From positions 23,684,001-23,748,000 of the forward strand of contig OX597814.1 of assembly GCA_951406725.2 (NCBI GenBank): a stretch of DNA of 64,000 bases. Reading direction: 5' to 3'. The stretch is from Octopus vulgaris. Lineage: Eukaryota. Under the pieces are notes generated by a model, which was given only the letters and a program-made list of their open reading frames with translations, searched no databases and was not told the DNA's origin. The position numbers and the translations under genes were made by a program. Shown here in pieces: positions 1-12,189 of this stretch. Positions within the stretch are counted from its first letter, which is position 1. Each line of letters opens with the position of its first letter.

Positions 1-1759
1 GCAGAATCTGTAACCTGGTGTGGAAAAAAAATTTGTAAAGGAATTCTTGTTTAAAGAGAATTGTTGTATTTGTTTTTATCTTAGGCATATATTAGCTAGA
101 AATAAAAAGAAAGAAGGAAGGAAGGAAGGAAGAGGGTGGGTTGATGGATAGATGGATGGATGGATGGATAGATGGATTGGTGGCTGGAATGAGTGGCCAG
201 AAGGACATACGGCTGGATAGAAACTACAGCTTCTGTATGGTTTCTATCTATCAAATTTTATTCATAAGATATTGATTGGACAACCAGAGACAATAGCTGA
301 AAGCCTATTCTCCAAGATTCATGAAATGTGGTTAAATCTTGACCTACAAGACAGTGAAGTAAACTTCTGTAATGGATAAAACCACCTTAGTACAATTTAA
401 ACTGACGATATTACAAATTATTATTACATAACAATCGTATACATATGATTTAGAGCTTCGCATTTAAGAATTCAAGGCCAACTAAAAAGACAAACAAATG
501 TGGAGTATTCTATATAAACGAAATGAAATTTAAAAAACAACTAGATGGTAAGCTGATCAAACTTCATTGATAGTTGCAGTTGTTTTCAACTAAACATGAA
601 AAACTCATAAGATTCATGGAACAAACATGACTTCTCTACAAAAAGCCTTTAGCGATGTAACTGAACTTCTGCAAAAAATAGTCACAAAGAGGCGGAGGGG
701 AGGGGAAAATTGTGTAGAAGAATGGAAAAAATATGATATCAGTTTGTTTTTATTGCTCTCAATGCCTCTGTGTTTGAGTATATTTCACCAACAAATCAAT
801 TTTGTTTTGAAAAAGAATAAGTGTTCAAGCTAGGGGCATTTAAATAACTTTATAGAGCTTGAAAATAGTAGAGAAAAACATAAAAACAGTCATTTGTAAC
901 TATAAAAACAAATAAAAGAAAACATTTTTTATATGTTGTCATTATTCAAAGAAAAATACTTGTTATAGTCGCCATATGTTATATAAAATAATCAGTATAA
1001 GTTATTTAGTCTGTGGTTGTTGTTTTGAAGCTGTCTACCGCTTTTTGAAGAGAAATATATGAGAATTAGTGAAAAAGATATTTTGGTTTTGTTCCATTTT
1101 TGTTAAATATAAATTAGATGCAAAAATCAAATAAAAGAAGTAATTATGACAAAAGTGTCTTGAATAAGGTCAGAAGAAATTTAAACAATGAATTATAACT
1201 ATTTAAGAGATTATTCCACTTTCATGATTTTGCTAGATAAGAAAAAAGAAAATGTTTTTCTTTTTAAATTTTAACATAGATATATTTCAATTGTTTAAAA
1301 TTCTATTCAAAAACTCAAGTTTCAAATATTGATTAAACTTCTTATTTTCTATTCTAAATAATTCACTGTTATTAACACATAATACTTTCTGTTTCAGTTG
1401 TCATCTATAAATAATTTGATCAGCGTACAGATACCAGAGATGTTATTGTTGTTGGCATTATTTAGCCTCCAGATCAGTCATTATGATGCATAATTTATTA
1501 TAAAAGAAGTTCCAGTTATGACCATCCTGTCCTTTTAGAGATATGTACATCTAGATGTTTTAATGTATTCTGTCCTTATGCAAGACAGAGAGATGTGACT
1601 TGAGGGCAGATTGGCTGCTATTTCTAGAAGGTTGAGGTAGCTTCTAAAAGGTTTCATCATTTGCTAGAGCTACCACATTAGCTTGTAAAATCATAATATT
1701 TGTTGCATATGTTTGAGGGAAATTCCTCTCTCTCTCTGTTATATATACATAAATATGGA

Positions 1760-2478
1760 TGTAATAGATAACAGCTAGCCTTCAGCCGCCCGTTTAGACC
1801 CTGTTGTGTCCACTACTCTGATTGGTTGGTATTGGTACAACTTATCACTTGCTCTACTGTGCACCAATATGCAACCCAACCAATCACAGCCTTCTGATAA
1901 GGTCACATGAGACAGTCTCTTCTAAACCCCTGGTGAGCTGATTGCACCCTATACAACTCTAGCTTCACATCGAGTTGAGGTCTTTTGGTTCCAGACCTTT
2001 TAAGGTCTAGCCACTGACCACACAAGACACAGCTAGTTCCAGTGACAACACAACAGCAGCCACATGAAGACTCATTAACTTTGTCCAGCAGCATTCAGGA
2101 ACTCCATCTCTGTCACCACCATTCATCCTAACATCAACATAATCTCTCTACGTACACAGCAACAAGCAACACTTGCACAGGTTCCAACATTGCACTGTTT
2201 GTGAATCACTTCACCATGGTTAACAACAAATGCAACCTGCGAGAACTTTCTGTACCAAGTAACCGGTAGCAGCATCGTAGCCACAACTTCTCATATGACA
2301 TGTACCTCAACAGCCTTTGCATTACTGCCACATCTTCTTGATACAGCATTTCAACCATCGTGTACCTTGACTACGAACTGGTATTTATTATCTATATGTC
2401 TGAATATTCTTCTAACGTCATATTATATACCATTTCAAAGCTCTGTACTTATAGTATACGCATACATCCATGTTTGTA
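1760..2478. mobile_element. Possible solo LTR or TIR element
   Basis: GC-richer island starting TGTAA and ending TACA. It has inverted CCAAT boxes at about 1818-1890 and a short flanking imperfect inverted repeat (aaatatggatgta / tacatccatgttt). No TSD found. Confidence 0.3.
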
Positions 2479-3069
2479 CACACACACTTTGTTATCTTGA
2501 CAGCTTGTCTATTATTAAATATTTGCAGAGTAGTAGTAGTAGTAGTAGTAGTAGTATGAGGTCATGTGTTGTAGCAGCACGTCACTGTATCCACCATCAG
2601 TTAGTGATTCCCTACTCCTGGTGGATGACACCTTGGCACCACTCAAGTGCCAACCCACCAATCCATGGGTCTGTTTAAGTAATTATTGTTGTTGAAGGTT
2701 TTTAGAGCTCAGAGTACAAATCGTACCTCAACCTCTTGTAGTTGCCTTTTACATTACATAGAGGAAATACTGAGGCTATTCTTTGACATGCTGACCCCCT
2801 TAGAAAAGTAGTAATGTGAATTTTAATGAGTGCTGTGAAATACAATACAATCCCAACAAGCATGCATAATAGTGTGTTTAAAAAGGTTGCTTCCCAACTA
2901 CATGGTTCCAGGTTTTATTTCACTGCTTGACAGCAATCTTCTGCCATTGCCTTGGGTTGAATGATAATTTTTGATGTGAATTTGATACATGGAAACCACA
3001 GACTCATTACAAAGGCTAGATAAACTTGACATTCAGTGATGATATCTCCAAGCCATCTCATCTTCATAA

Positions 3070-3540
3070 CATCATCATCATCATCATCGTTGTCGTCGTC
3101 GTTTAACGTCCGCTTTCCATGCTGGCATGGGTTGGATGGTTTGATTGAGGGCTGGCAGGCCAGAAGGCTGCACCAGGCTCCAATCTGATCTGGCAAAGTT
3201 TCTATAGCTGGATGCCAACCACTCCGAGAGTATAATGGATGCCTTTTATGTGCCACTGGCACCAGGCCAGTCAGGTGGTACTAGCATTAACCACGCTTGA
3301 AATGGTGCTTTTTACATGCCACTAGCACAGGAGTCAGTCAGGCGACACTGGCATGGGCCATGCTTGGATGGTGCTTTTTACATGCCACCAACATGGAAGC
3401 CAATCAGGCCACACTGGCAATGATTATGCTCAAATGGTGCTTTTTACTTGCCACCGATATGAGAGCCAGTTAGGCTCCACTGGCAACGATCACACTCGAA
3501 TGGTGCTTTTTACATGCCACTGGCACGAGACCAGTAATTT
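3070..3540 (-). mobile_element. RTE-type 3' UTR/tail repeat with internal ~65-70 bp tandem units
   Basis: (CAT)n tail followed by gtttaacgtccgctttccatgctggcatgggttgg, then repeated atggtgctttttacatgccac units. Same family as the tail of 45432-46138. Confidence 0.8.
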
Positions 3541-5277
3541 CACAGACTAATGTTCCATTTCAGAGCAATAAAATACTTCAGCCTTGAAGAATGGTTGACA
3601 CTCTACATGGAACAAGTAAAACCCCACAATAAAATACTGCAATTCATATCTGGGCTGCTGCAACAAAAACATCTTGGATTACATCCAAAAACAAAACAGT
3701 TTGCCTGATTGTTAAGAATTCACTCACCAAAAAGCTGTATCTTACTTTTTGTTTCTTTATTTTTTCAACTATAGTAGTATCTATCCCTCAGAACTAACTG
3801 GATGCAATCAACCCCTCTCAAGTCCATATAATACATCTATTACATCACCCATTCTGTGTCTCCTTTCTCAAGTCCTTCACTAGCACTTACCATAAAAACC
3901 CATGTAATTTACACACTTTTTTTCACAAAAATAAAAATAAGCTTTAGAGGGTGTGTAAATTATATGAGTAGATCATTTCCAGAATTTTTTAGAATTTTTT
4001 TTTTGTTGAAAAGACAAACAAAACCTAAACATTCATACCGGAAGTTGATTCATTTAATGGGTTGACTTTTATTTATGCTTGACAGTATAATGCTTGCTTT
4101 TCCTGTATAAATTTACTAAAACCATTAAATGGTTAACTACTTTTTGAAGTCTGAAGTACATGCTGGTAATCATGGTCTGAGCCATATTTTACATATTTTA
4201 TTCGGTTGAGTAAAGTGTCATCAAAGCTGATGTTTATTGGTAATTAAACATAATTTGCAACACCTGTGCAAATTTATCAGCTTTGTTTTTGTTGATAATT
4301 CCTATCAACAACTTTTCTTGTGATTGTGATTTGAGAAGACATACAGCAGTATGCTAAAGATCAGACATAATCTCTTGCGAGCAAGAAACGTAAAATAAAG
4401 TTTATATTAAACAAGATTATCCACCATCTATCTAACAACAATCTTGGGTACCATTTTGAATTCCATATGATAAACACTTGTGGACATGCTTATAAAATCA
4501 AAAAAAACGACACAGCATCCATGACTTTCGGAAACATTTTTTCATGCTCAGAATTGCTGAAGCATGGAATAAACTACCCACATCAGTTGTTTGCTGTCGA
4601 GATACTACATCCTTCAAAACTTCCATGCTTTCTGAAATCTGCCAACAGTACAGCTGATGGATTTTTTTTAGTTGTAGTGCACCTGAGCACTATATACAAC
4701 AATTTCCTTCATTATATGATACATACATGCTCACAATTTGTAAAATAATACTTTGGTTATTTCCAGTTACGCAGAGATGCACATACATACAGGTACGTGC
4801 ATGCACGCACACACACATACAAACACACACTGTCTCATACAGTTACATACACATACAAACACACACAATCTTATGCAGTTATGCATACACACACAAATAC
4901 ACTTAAACACAGTCTCATACAGTTACATGCATGCAAACACATGCACAGAGTCAGAGTCATATTTTTCATCTATTTATTTTTATTATTGGAACACTAACGT
5001 CGAGGGAAGAAGAGGGTATACCGAGTGGCTACAGCAGATTGCCATTCTCAGGAGGGTATACTGAGCGGGTAAAATGGACTGACATGTGTCAGTCCCACAA
5101 AACCAATTTTATTTATATGGACAGCACAAACACTTTGTAATTTAATAGCTTTTAATGTAATATCTGTTAAACAGAAATTAATTTTATTTAATGAAAATTT
5201 AATAAAATCTAATCATAAGTAAGTGAAATCATGCTAAATACAACTAAACTGAAAACCTTTTCCCCACCTGGTCATAT

Positions 5278-5514
5278 ACTCTTACTCTTTTACTCTTTTA
5301 CTTGTTTCAGTCATTTGACTGCGGCCATGCTGGAGCACCACCTTTAATCGAGCAACTCAACCCTAGGACTTATTCTTTGTAAGCCTAGTACTTATTCTAT
5401 CGGTCTCTCTTGCCAAACCGCTAAGTAACGGGGACATAAACACACCAGCATCGGTTGTCAAGCAATGCTAGGGGGACAAACACAGACACACAAACACACA
5501 CATGCATATATATA
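5278..5514 (-). mobile_element. 3' half of CORE-like tRNA SINE
   Basis: Reverse complement of the 3' half of 63381-63776, including the (tactctt)n tail. Confidence 0.85.
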
Positions 5515-5892
5515 TCTCTTATTATAAAAGGCAGATTTTATCTGCCTCCCTTTGGGAGTTATACAAATCTACAATATAGGATTTCTTCAATTACAATTTA
5601 CCTAGCAATTTTAAGAGTACAATGCATCGCGTCATGCCAGGTATAGTTTTTAAAATTTAAACTCCAATTAAGCAAAATTTACAGAAAACTCACATTCTGG
5701 TGTGTGTGTCAAATGCTTTTCTTAGTCTGGTTTACACCACACGCAAACGCACACACACAGTGGGCAGCGAATAAAATGAAAGTAATTTACTTACTGTAGT
5801 GAGTGATTCTTTCACTCTGCCTCCCACTTCCTCTTTCAACACAGACACGCAAATATATAAATAAAATTGTAAGCTAACGTGCGTGTGTGTGA

Positions 5893-5929
<37 letters not shown>

Positions 5930-6016
5930 TGAGGGTGCGCGCGCGTGTGTGTGTGTGTGTGTGCGTGTGCGTGAGTGTGTGACAGGAAAGTTTTTTACGA
6001 CGAATATAAGTAGCAG
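5515..6016 (+). mobile_element. Probable non-autonomous Helitron 5' portion
   Basis: Starts a|TCtcttattataaaag, similar to the Helitron at 7368. No 3' CTAG end identified. Confidence 0.4.
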
Positions 6017-6606
6017 AAAGATAAGACAGTAAGGTGTGATTTGAGGGAGATTTGGCTGCTATTTCTACCATGTCTAGCTGCCATGTAGGGGTCTCCCTCA
6101 TAGGCTCATACATACATATATACATAGATAAGACAGTAAGGTGTGATTTGGGGGAAATTTGGCTGCTATTTCTACCAGGTCTAGCTGCCATGTAGGGGTC
6201 TCCCTCATAGGCTCATACATACATATATACATAGATAAGACAGTAAGGTGTGATTTGGGGGAAATTTGGCTGCTATTTCTACCAGGTCTAGCTGCCATGT
6301 AGGGGTCTCCCTCATAGGCTCATACATACATATATACATAGATAAGACAGTAAGGTGTGATTTGGGGGAAATTTGGCTGCTATTTCTACCAGGTCTAGCT
6401 GCCATGTAGGGGTCTCCCTCATAGGCTCATACATACATATATACATAGATAAGACAGTAAGGTGTGATTTGGGGGAAATTTGGCTGCTATTTCTACCAGG
6501 TCTAGCTACCATGTAGAGGTCCCCCTCATTGGCTCATATATATATACATACATAAGACAGTAAGGTGTGATTTGAGGGAGATTTGGCTGCTGTTTCTACC
6601 AGGTCT
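6017..6606. repeat. 107-bp tandem array, about 5.5 copies
   Basis: Unit begins agataagacagtaaggtgtgattt. The central units are essentially identical, and ORF starts recur at 6191, 6298, 6405 and 6512. Confidence 0.97.
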
Positions 6607-6938
6607 GTTAGGCCTTCTCATGTAAACTCAAGCTTTCTTATGCCTTGAACATAAGACCAAAGCAGAGAATGTATTCTTTTATTCTTCTGCTTTTTCCAGC
6701 CATTGGTCTGTGGCCATGCTGGGGCAATGCCTTGAAGAATTGTAGTTTAATGAATCAACTCCAGTTTTATTTTTGTAAGCATTGTACTTATTCTATCTGT
6801 TTCCACTAGGTGACAGGGATGTAAACAAACCAACATTCGTTGTCAAGCAGTGGTGGAGGACAATCACAAGCACAGACACGCACACACACACACATACATG
6901 CATACATACATATATATATATATGTGTGTATATATATA

Positions 6939-7197
6939 TTGCAGCGTGGAAGGTGTTTGTAAGCCATTTAAGAAACACACAAAAACCGTTACATTCACTT
7001 CAACATTTAAATTTCATTTGCCAAAATATTTTCGTCGCTTTGAGACCGCGACCTGTTCACTGACAAAAATATCGTGCTAACAGGTCGCGGTCTCAAAGCG
7101 ACGAAAATATTTTGACAAATTAAATTTAAATGTTGAAGTGAATCTAACGGTTTTTGTGTGTTTCTTAAATGGCTTATAAACACCTTCAACGCTGCAA
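6939..7197. repeat. Long hairpin with 119-bp arms and a 21-nt loop
   Basis: 6939-7057 is the reverse complement of 7079-7197 with about 5 mismatches. Confidence 0.97.
7017..7067 (-). ncRNA. Minimal type I hammerhead-like motif, G3-C8 core variant
   Basis: Minus strand reads UUUGUCA GUGAACA G GUCGC ggucucaaa GCGAC GAAA AUAU UU UGGCAAA, giving a 7-bp stem I, a 5-bp stem II and a palindromic tetraloop. Confidence 0.65.
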
Positions 7198-7273
7198 CTG
7201 TTTTCGTTCCAGCACACGATCTCAGATCAAGTCACTTGCTATGCAAGTACATCTCTGTAACTATTTATACATT

Positions 7274-7304
<31 letters not shown>

Positions 7305-7367
7305 TGTTAAAAACAGTAAGATAACAAAAGAAAGAAAGAGACCTCAATATTATGTAAATAGAGGAAA

Positions 7368-7762
7368 TCTTTATATATAAAAGTGAGGTTGTGTGTCTGT
7401 CTCCTACGATTTAGATTCCTAACTACTCCCACATTTTGCGGTGCAGTTTAACCAAAAGCGGGTATCTTATAGTCGTGATTCATATCGAGACCGTCTGGGT
7501 ATTAGCGCGCGTCTACGATGAGTCTACGATTTAAAAAAAAAATTACCATCAATTTTTCCCATTTTTAATCCATTTTTGACATATATAAGGGAAGTAACTC
7601 TCTAAAATTTATTATTAAATCTCAGAACGTAAAAAGCTACAGTAACACCCCTCCCCCTTTGTGGTTAGCCATATTGAGATGGCTATTATACTTTACATCT
7701 CTAAAAATGCTTATATAATTATTTCCCTTACAAACCCGAGCAACGCCGGGCGATACTGCTAG
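7368..7762 (+). mobile_element. Non-autonomous Helitron
   Basis: 5' TC, 3' hairpin cccgagcaacgccggg followed by CTAG, inserted between A7367 and T7763, no TSD. Confidence 0.85.
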
Positions 7763-7763
7763 T

Positions 7764-7927
7764 ACATATATATGACGGGCTTCTTTCAGTTTCCGTCTAC
7801 CAAATCCACTCACAAGGCTTTGGTCGGCCCAAGGCTATAGTCGAAGACACTTGCCCAAGGTGACATGCAGTGGGACTGAACCTGGAACCATGTGGTTGGT
7901 AAACAAGCTACTTACGACACAGCCACG
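7764..7927 (-). mobile_element. 5' (tRNA head/CORE-like) half of SINE
   Basis: Reverse complement of about 63381-63540. Confidence 0.85.
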
Positions 7928-8189
7928 AAAACTTTTGGATATGAATTTTACATGAGTAAAAGCTTTTTTTAACAATTTTTATCCTGAAAATCGTCTTTGT
8001 AATTTACACAGGTGCACAATTTACATGGGCTTTTACGGTATATCCACACCTTTGTCTGCAGAATACCAATTCTCTGGAATTACTTTCCTGCCTATGTTTT
8101 TCTCACAAGCACCATCTTGTACCAATTCAAACAAAAGTCATTTCACCAGTTTTACCAGATAAGGTTATGGGCACAGTAACATCCTTCTT

Positions 8190-8720
8190 TATCTTTTACT
8201 TGTCTTAGTAGTTGGACTGTGGCCATGCTGGGGCACTGCCTTGAAGGGTTCAGTCAAACAAACAGGTACATAAACAAGCCAATATTGGTTGTGAAGAAGG
8301 TGGTAAGCTGGCAGAAACATTAGCATGCTGGGTGAAATACTTAGCGGTATTTCATGTCTTTACGTTCTGAGTTCAAATTCTGCCAAGATCGACTTGCCCT
8401 GTCACTCTTTCAGGGTCGATAAATTAAGTACCAGTTGCATGCTGAGATTGATCTAATCAACTGGCCCCTCCCCCAAAATTTTGGGCCTTGTGCCCAGAGT
8501 GGAAAAGAATATTGGTTGTGAAGCAGCAAAAATATACGCACACACACACACATATACACAACAGGTTTCTTTCAGTTTCTGACTACCATATCCCCTCACA
8601 AGGCTTTGGTCAGTCAGAAGCTATAGTTGAAGACACTTGCTCACAGTGCTGTGTAGCAGGTTTGAGCCCAAGACCATATGGTTGGGAAGAAAATTTCTTA
8701 ACCACATAGACACACCTGCA
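8190..8720 (-). mobile_element. Older CORE-like SINE interrupted by another SINE
   Basis: Diverged match to the 63381 family on both sides of 8297-8507. Confidence 0.7.
8297..8507 (+). mobile_element. tRNA-derived SINE (ggcggcgagctggcagaa family, Meta/MESC-like domain)
   Basis: A/B-box-like head, gtcgataaattaagtaccag core, and a 16-bp TSD aatattggttgtgaag at 8281-8296 and 8508-8523. Confidence 0.88.
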
Positions 8721-10496
8721 CCTCACTAAAGCTGTTAAAAAATTATAGAAAAGAGTGAGACACTTCACTATGAAAAGTAATGGAAGCTGGGATCAGCTTC
8801 ACACATAAAATATTGAATAGAAGCTGCCCCAGAATTATAGATTACATACCTACATATCTTGGTGAAAGATCTTGCTTCACTGAATTAATTATTACTAGTA
8901 GCTTCAATAGATGCTATGTTTTTTCTAGTAAACAAAAATTGAACTTGATTTCTTTGTAGTAGCTCATTTTGTTTTTACTCTTTCAAATTAAGACCAATTA
9001 AGCATATTTTACTTTCCAAATAATTTTGTATTTCATCTATATTTGATATAATTTTTCTTAATTACACATATAGAAATATTCCAGAACTTTTATGTAAAGA
9101 ACACTGCACTAAAGCTAATGTTATAATATGGCTATTCTTTCACTAACTTTTAAGAATACAAGAAATTAAGAAACTCAAATTTTTCAATACATACCAACTT
9201 ACCAACATTAAAATTTCATTTGCTAAAGGTTTCAACTGCTTAAAATTTGTTAAAAAAAAAGTTATTTTCAAGTTCGGTATTGAATTAATAATGACAAAAA
9301 CCTAAAATGATATTTAGTTTTATAAATATCACTGTCTCTTTTCCAAATATTGAAAATTTCTAGCTTAGTGTAAGACAGAAATATATTAAATTAAGAAAAT
9401 TTTCCTTAGAATAATATTATATTTCTGCAGTTCTGGCTAATTGGAAAATATTGACTTGGCAAACACTACACATTATTGAAAATTTACAAGTAACAATATA
9501 AAATTTATGAGAAAAGAAGCTCAAAGTATCTCATTGAACTACTTTTGTTTTTTATTCATATTTTATTCCTCTTTATCAAGAAGATAATTATTTGTTTCTA
9601 GTTTTTATCAAGAATGCTTTCTTGACAACAAACAATGACTGTTGCTTGTGGCATTAAGCTACGGCTCCATAACAACTTTAAATTTACCAGCTTTCCAGAT
9701 TATTTGCTATAGTTATTTCTAAACTTTTTCACTTATACAAGCACCTACAATTGTTTAAACATATGATTCTTTTCTCTTTTACAGCTGTTTATTACTATAG
9801 TTATAGATTGGACAACTTCACAAATCTAGTAGACAACTTTACAAATTTCAATATTTTAATGATTTTTGCCTAAGCAAGTGTCATGCAGGTAGCTACTCTT
9901 TCAAGCACTATACTCACTTACAATGCTGAAATAGATATTAATATGGATTCATACTATTGTTTGACTGCTAAATTGTAAGTGTATCAAAACAATATTTCTA
10001 ATTTAGTATTCTTTTACAACATTAAATCTACTATTAAATGAGATGGTTATTTTTGATTCAAAAGTTTCTCATAGTAATTAATTTCAGAAAATATACATTC
10101 AACATGTGAAGTAGTTTCTCTTTGTATTTATATTTTTTTCTTAAATAACATTTGTTTATATCTGTACAATTCAACTTTATCATATCATACTTGCAGCTTG
10201 TTTCATTATTTTACAGGTACGTTTTACAAGAATGATGAAGCTAAATTGAGTGCTTTAAAATCTTTACAACTTCAAATTAAGCATGGCTCTATGGTTAGGA
10301 AGTTTTCTTCACATCTCCATCATTTTTGGTTCATTCTCAGAGAGTGATGCCTTTAGCAAGCATTTTCTATAATAGCTGCAGGTTGACTAATGCCTTGAAA
10401 ATGAAATTGGATAAATGTAAACTTTGCAGAAACCCATCATATATAAACAGGTATGCATGTGTATCTCTCAGTCACACATACACACACACACACGAA

Positions 10497-10683
10497 TGAG
10501 GGAGTGTTGAAAAGTTACTGGCTTTGAAGGTATTCTGAAAGACCTGGCTGGAAGCCCAACCGTCCAAATTCTTTTACAGAGCTTAGAAAAACTGAAGGAC
10601 TATTGCAATAAGTGTGTGAATCTGAGAAGGGACTATGCTGAATCGTAATTAAGTTATCCTCCTGTATTTTCAGCACCTCCTTG
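10497..10683 (+). mobile_element. mariner-derived MITE
   Basis: TIRs gagggagtgttgaaaa / ttttcagcacctcctt, with an internal KCVNLR-like mariner C-terminal remnant. Confidence 0.65.
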
Positions 10684-10736
10684 TATAAGAACAAGGAGAG
10701 GACAGAGGAATAAACAATTATACTGTGAACTGCTTT

Positions 10737-10817
10737 AGCTTACAGCCGTTTCTGCTATAAGATATGGTGGACTTGTAGTTGAGTGTTTGAGTGACACATT
10801 ACAGCTTCATCAAAGCC
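10737..10817 (-). ncRNA. Degenerate minimal hammerhead motif
   Basis: Minus strand reads GGCU UUGAUGA aGCUGUAA...UUAUAGCa GAAA CGGCUG UA AGCU. Confidence 0.5.
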
Positions 10818-11599
10818 TCAAAACACAAAATGTAATTTATTTGGGAAAACAAAAACAGTTGAACATATATACAGGAAAACATTACCTATGAGAAAGTATG
10901 AATGTGGGGGATGAAATACTGGGTCTCCTCCCATAATTAGAATAAGTTTAATTCTAAGGTGTGTATACCCAGATGTATACCCTTATATTGATTATCTCGT
11001 TTCTCTGTTTGTATTTTTTCGTTGTTTGAAACATGTTTGTTTTCTGTTTTTGTTTTTATGTTTTCGTTTCTCATTGTGTTCAATGGAGAAAAACAATGAA
11101 AATATTTGAATATATCTATTCATTTACCGTATATACTGGCATATAATATGACTGGGTATACATGATTACCTCCAGGATTTCCATTTAAAAAGTCAGTTTT
11201 GAGCTATACTTGCTATATAAGACTAACCCAAGTCTTCATGGAGAGTAGCTTGATTGTTGAAGAATGAGGTTCATAACCAAAGGTGTCAGGTGAGTTGTAG
11301 CTTCTCCAGCAGCCCCTGAAGCTTCTGCTTTTCTTGTATTTCAATAGCATTTTAATTATGTTTCAACCAGTAAACTTTGTATGCAACAATTCTGCAGTCT
11401 TGGTTGTTCAGAATTTATCCAGTTCTTTTCAAAAACTGGCCAAATAACCTACTATAATGCACATCAAATGTACCTGGCTGGTGCAAACACTACCATAGTG
11501 ACATCACTTAAGCATCAGTTATTTTGCAGGAACTAACATGGTGTTATGTATATCATAATAATACCATTTACTTAAAATGGATTTACAGATTTACTTATA

Positions 11600-11815
11600 A
11601 TATTGATTTCAAATTTTTGCCTCGGGGGCAGTTTGGGGGAGGCAGTTAAGTCGATTACATCGACCCCAGTGTGTAACTGGTACTTATTTAATCAACTCCA
11701 AAAGGATGAAAGGTAAAGTCGACCTCGGTAGAATTTGAACTCAGAACGTAGCAGCGGACAAAATACTGCTAAGCGTTTCACCAGCATGCTAACAATTCTA
11801 CCAGCTCGCCACCTT
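11600..11815 (-). mobile_element. tRNA-derived SINE (8297 family)
   Basis: Reverse-complement match to 8297-8507. Confidence 0.85.
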
Positions 11816-11904
11816 GAGGTATGTATAATATATTGTAATACATTAGAAATGTTATAAAGTACACTGCTAGTATTTTCTTTAATTTGTAAATTTTGATTGC
11901 TTCA

Positions 11905-12189
11905 TCAGACTCTTGGTCTTGAAACATTGTATCCATTTTGACACTGCTCAGAGGATATGTCTGCTACATGCTTCTCTTGAATCAGCCAGTGTGCAGTGCC
12001 TCCTCTCATTGCACATTTTATCTTGCATATACTCCTTGATAAGTCTTTTTTTAATCTCCAAACTCTTACCATCTTTTTGGTTACACCATATTCTCTTGCA
12101 GCAGCACAATTGTTGTAGGACTTGGCACATGTTACAACTTTCTGCTTAAAATCAGTTACGTAATTCCTTTGTTTATCACTTGGAGCCAT
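11905..12189 (-). pseudogene. pogo transposase N-terminal DNA-binding domain fragment (Brinker/psq-like HTH)
   Basis: Translation KQRNYVTDFKQKVV...NNCAAAREYGVTKKMVRVWR is typical of pogo/POGK-like N-termini. Confidence 0.8.

Larger units (their letters stand above)
3890..8038. mobile_element. pogo/Tc2-like DNA transposon remnant carrying nested insertions
   Basis: TA-flanked TIRs (ccataaaaacccatgtaattt ... aatttacatgggcttttacgg), subterminal gtaatttacac repeats, and a faint CENP-B-HTH-like remnant on the minus strand near 4580-4660. Confidence 0.65.

Noticed and set aside
6017-6606. CRISPR-like appearance of a regular array
   Set aside because: Whole units are identical with no unique spacers, the context is eukaryotic and there are no cas genes.
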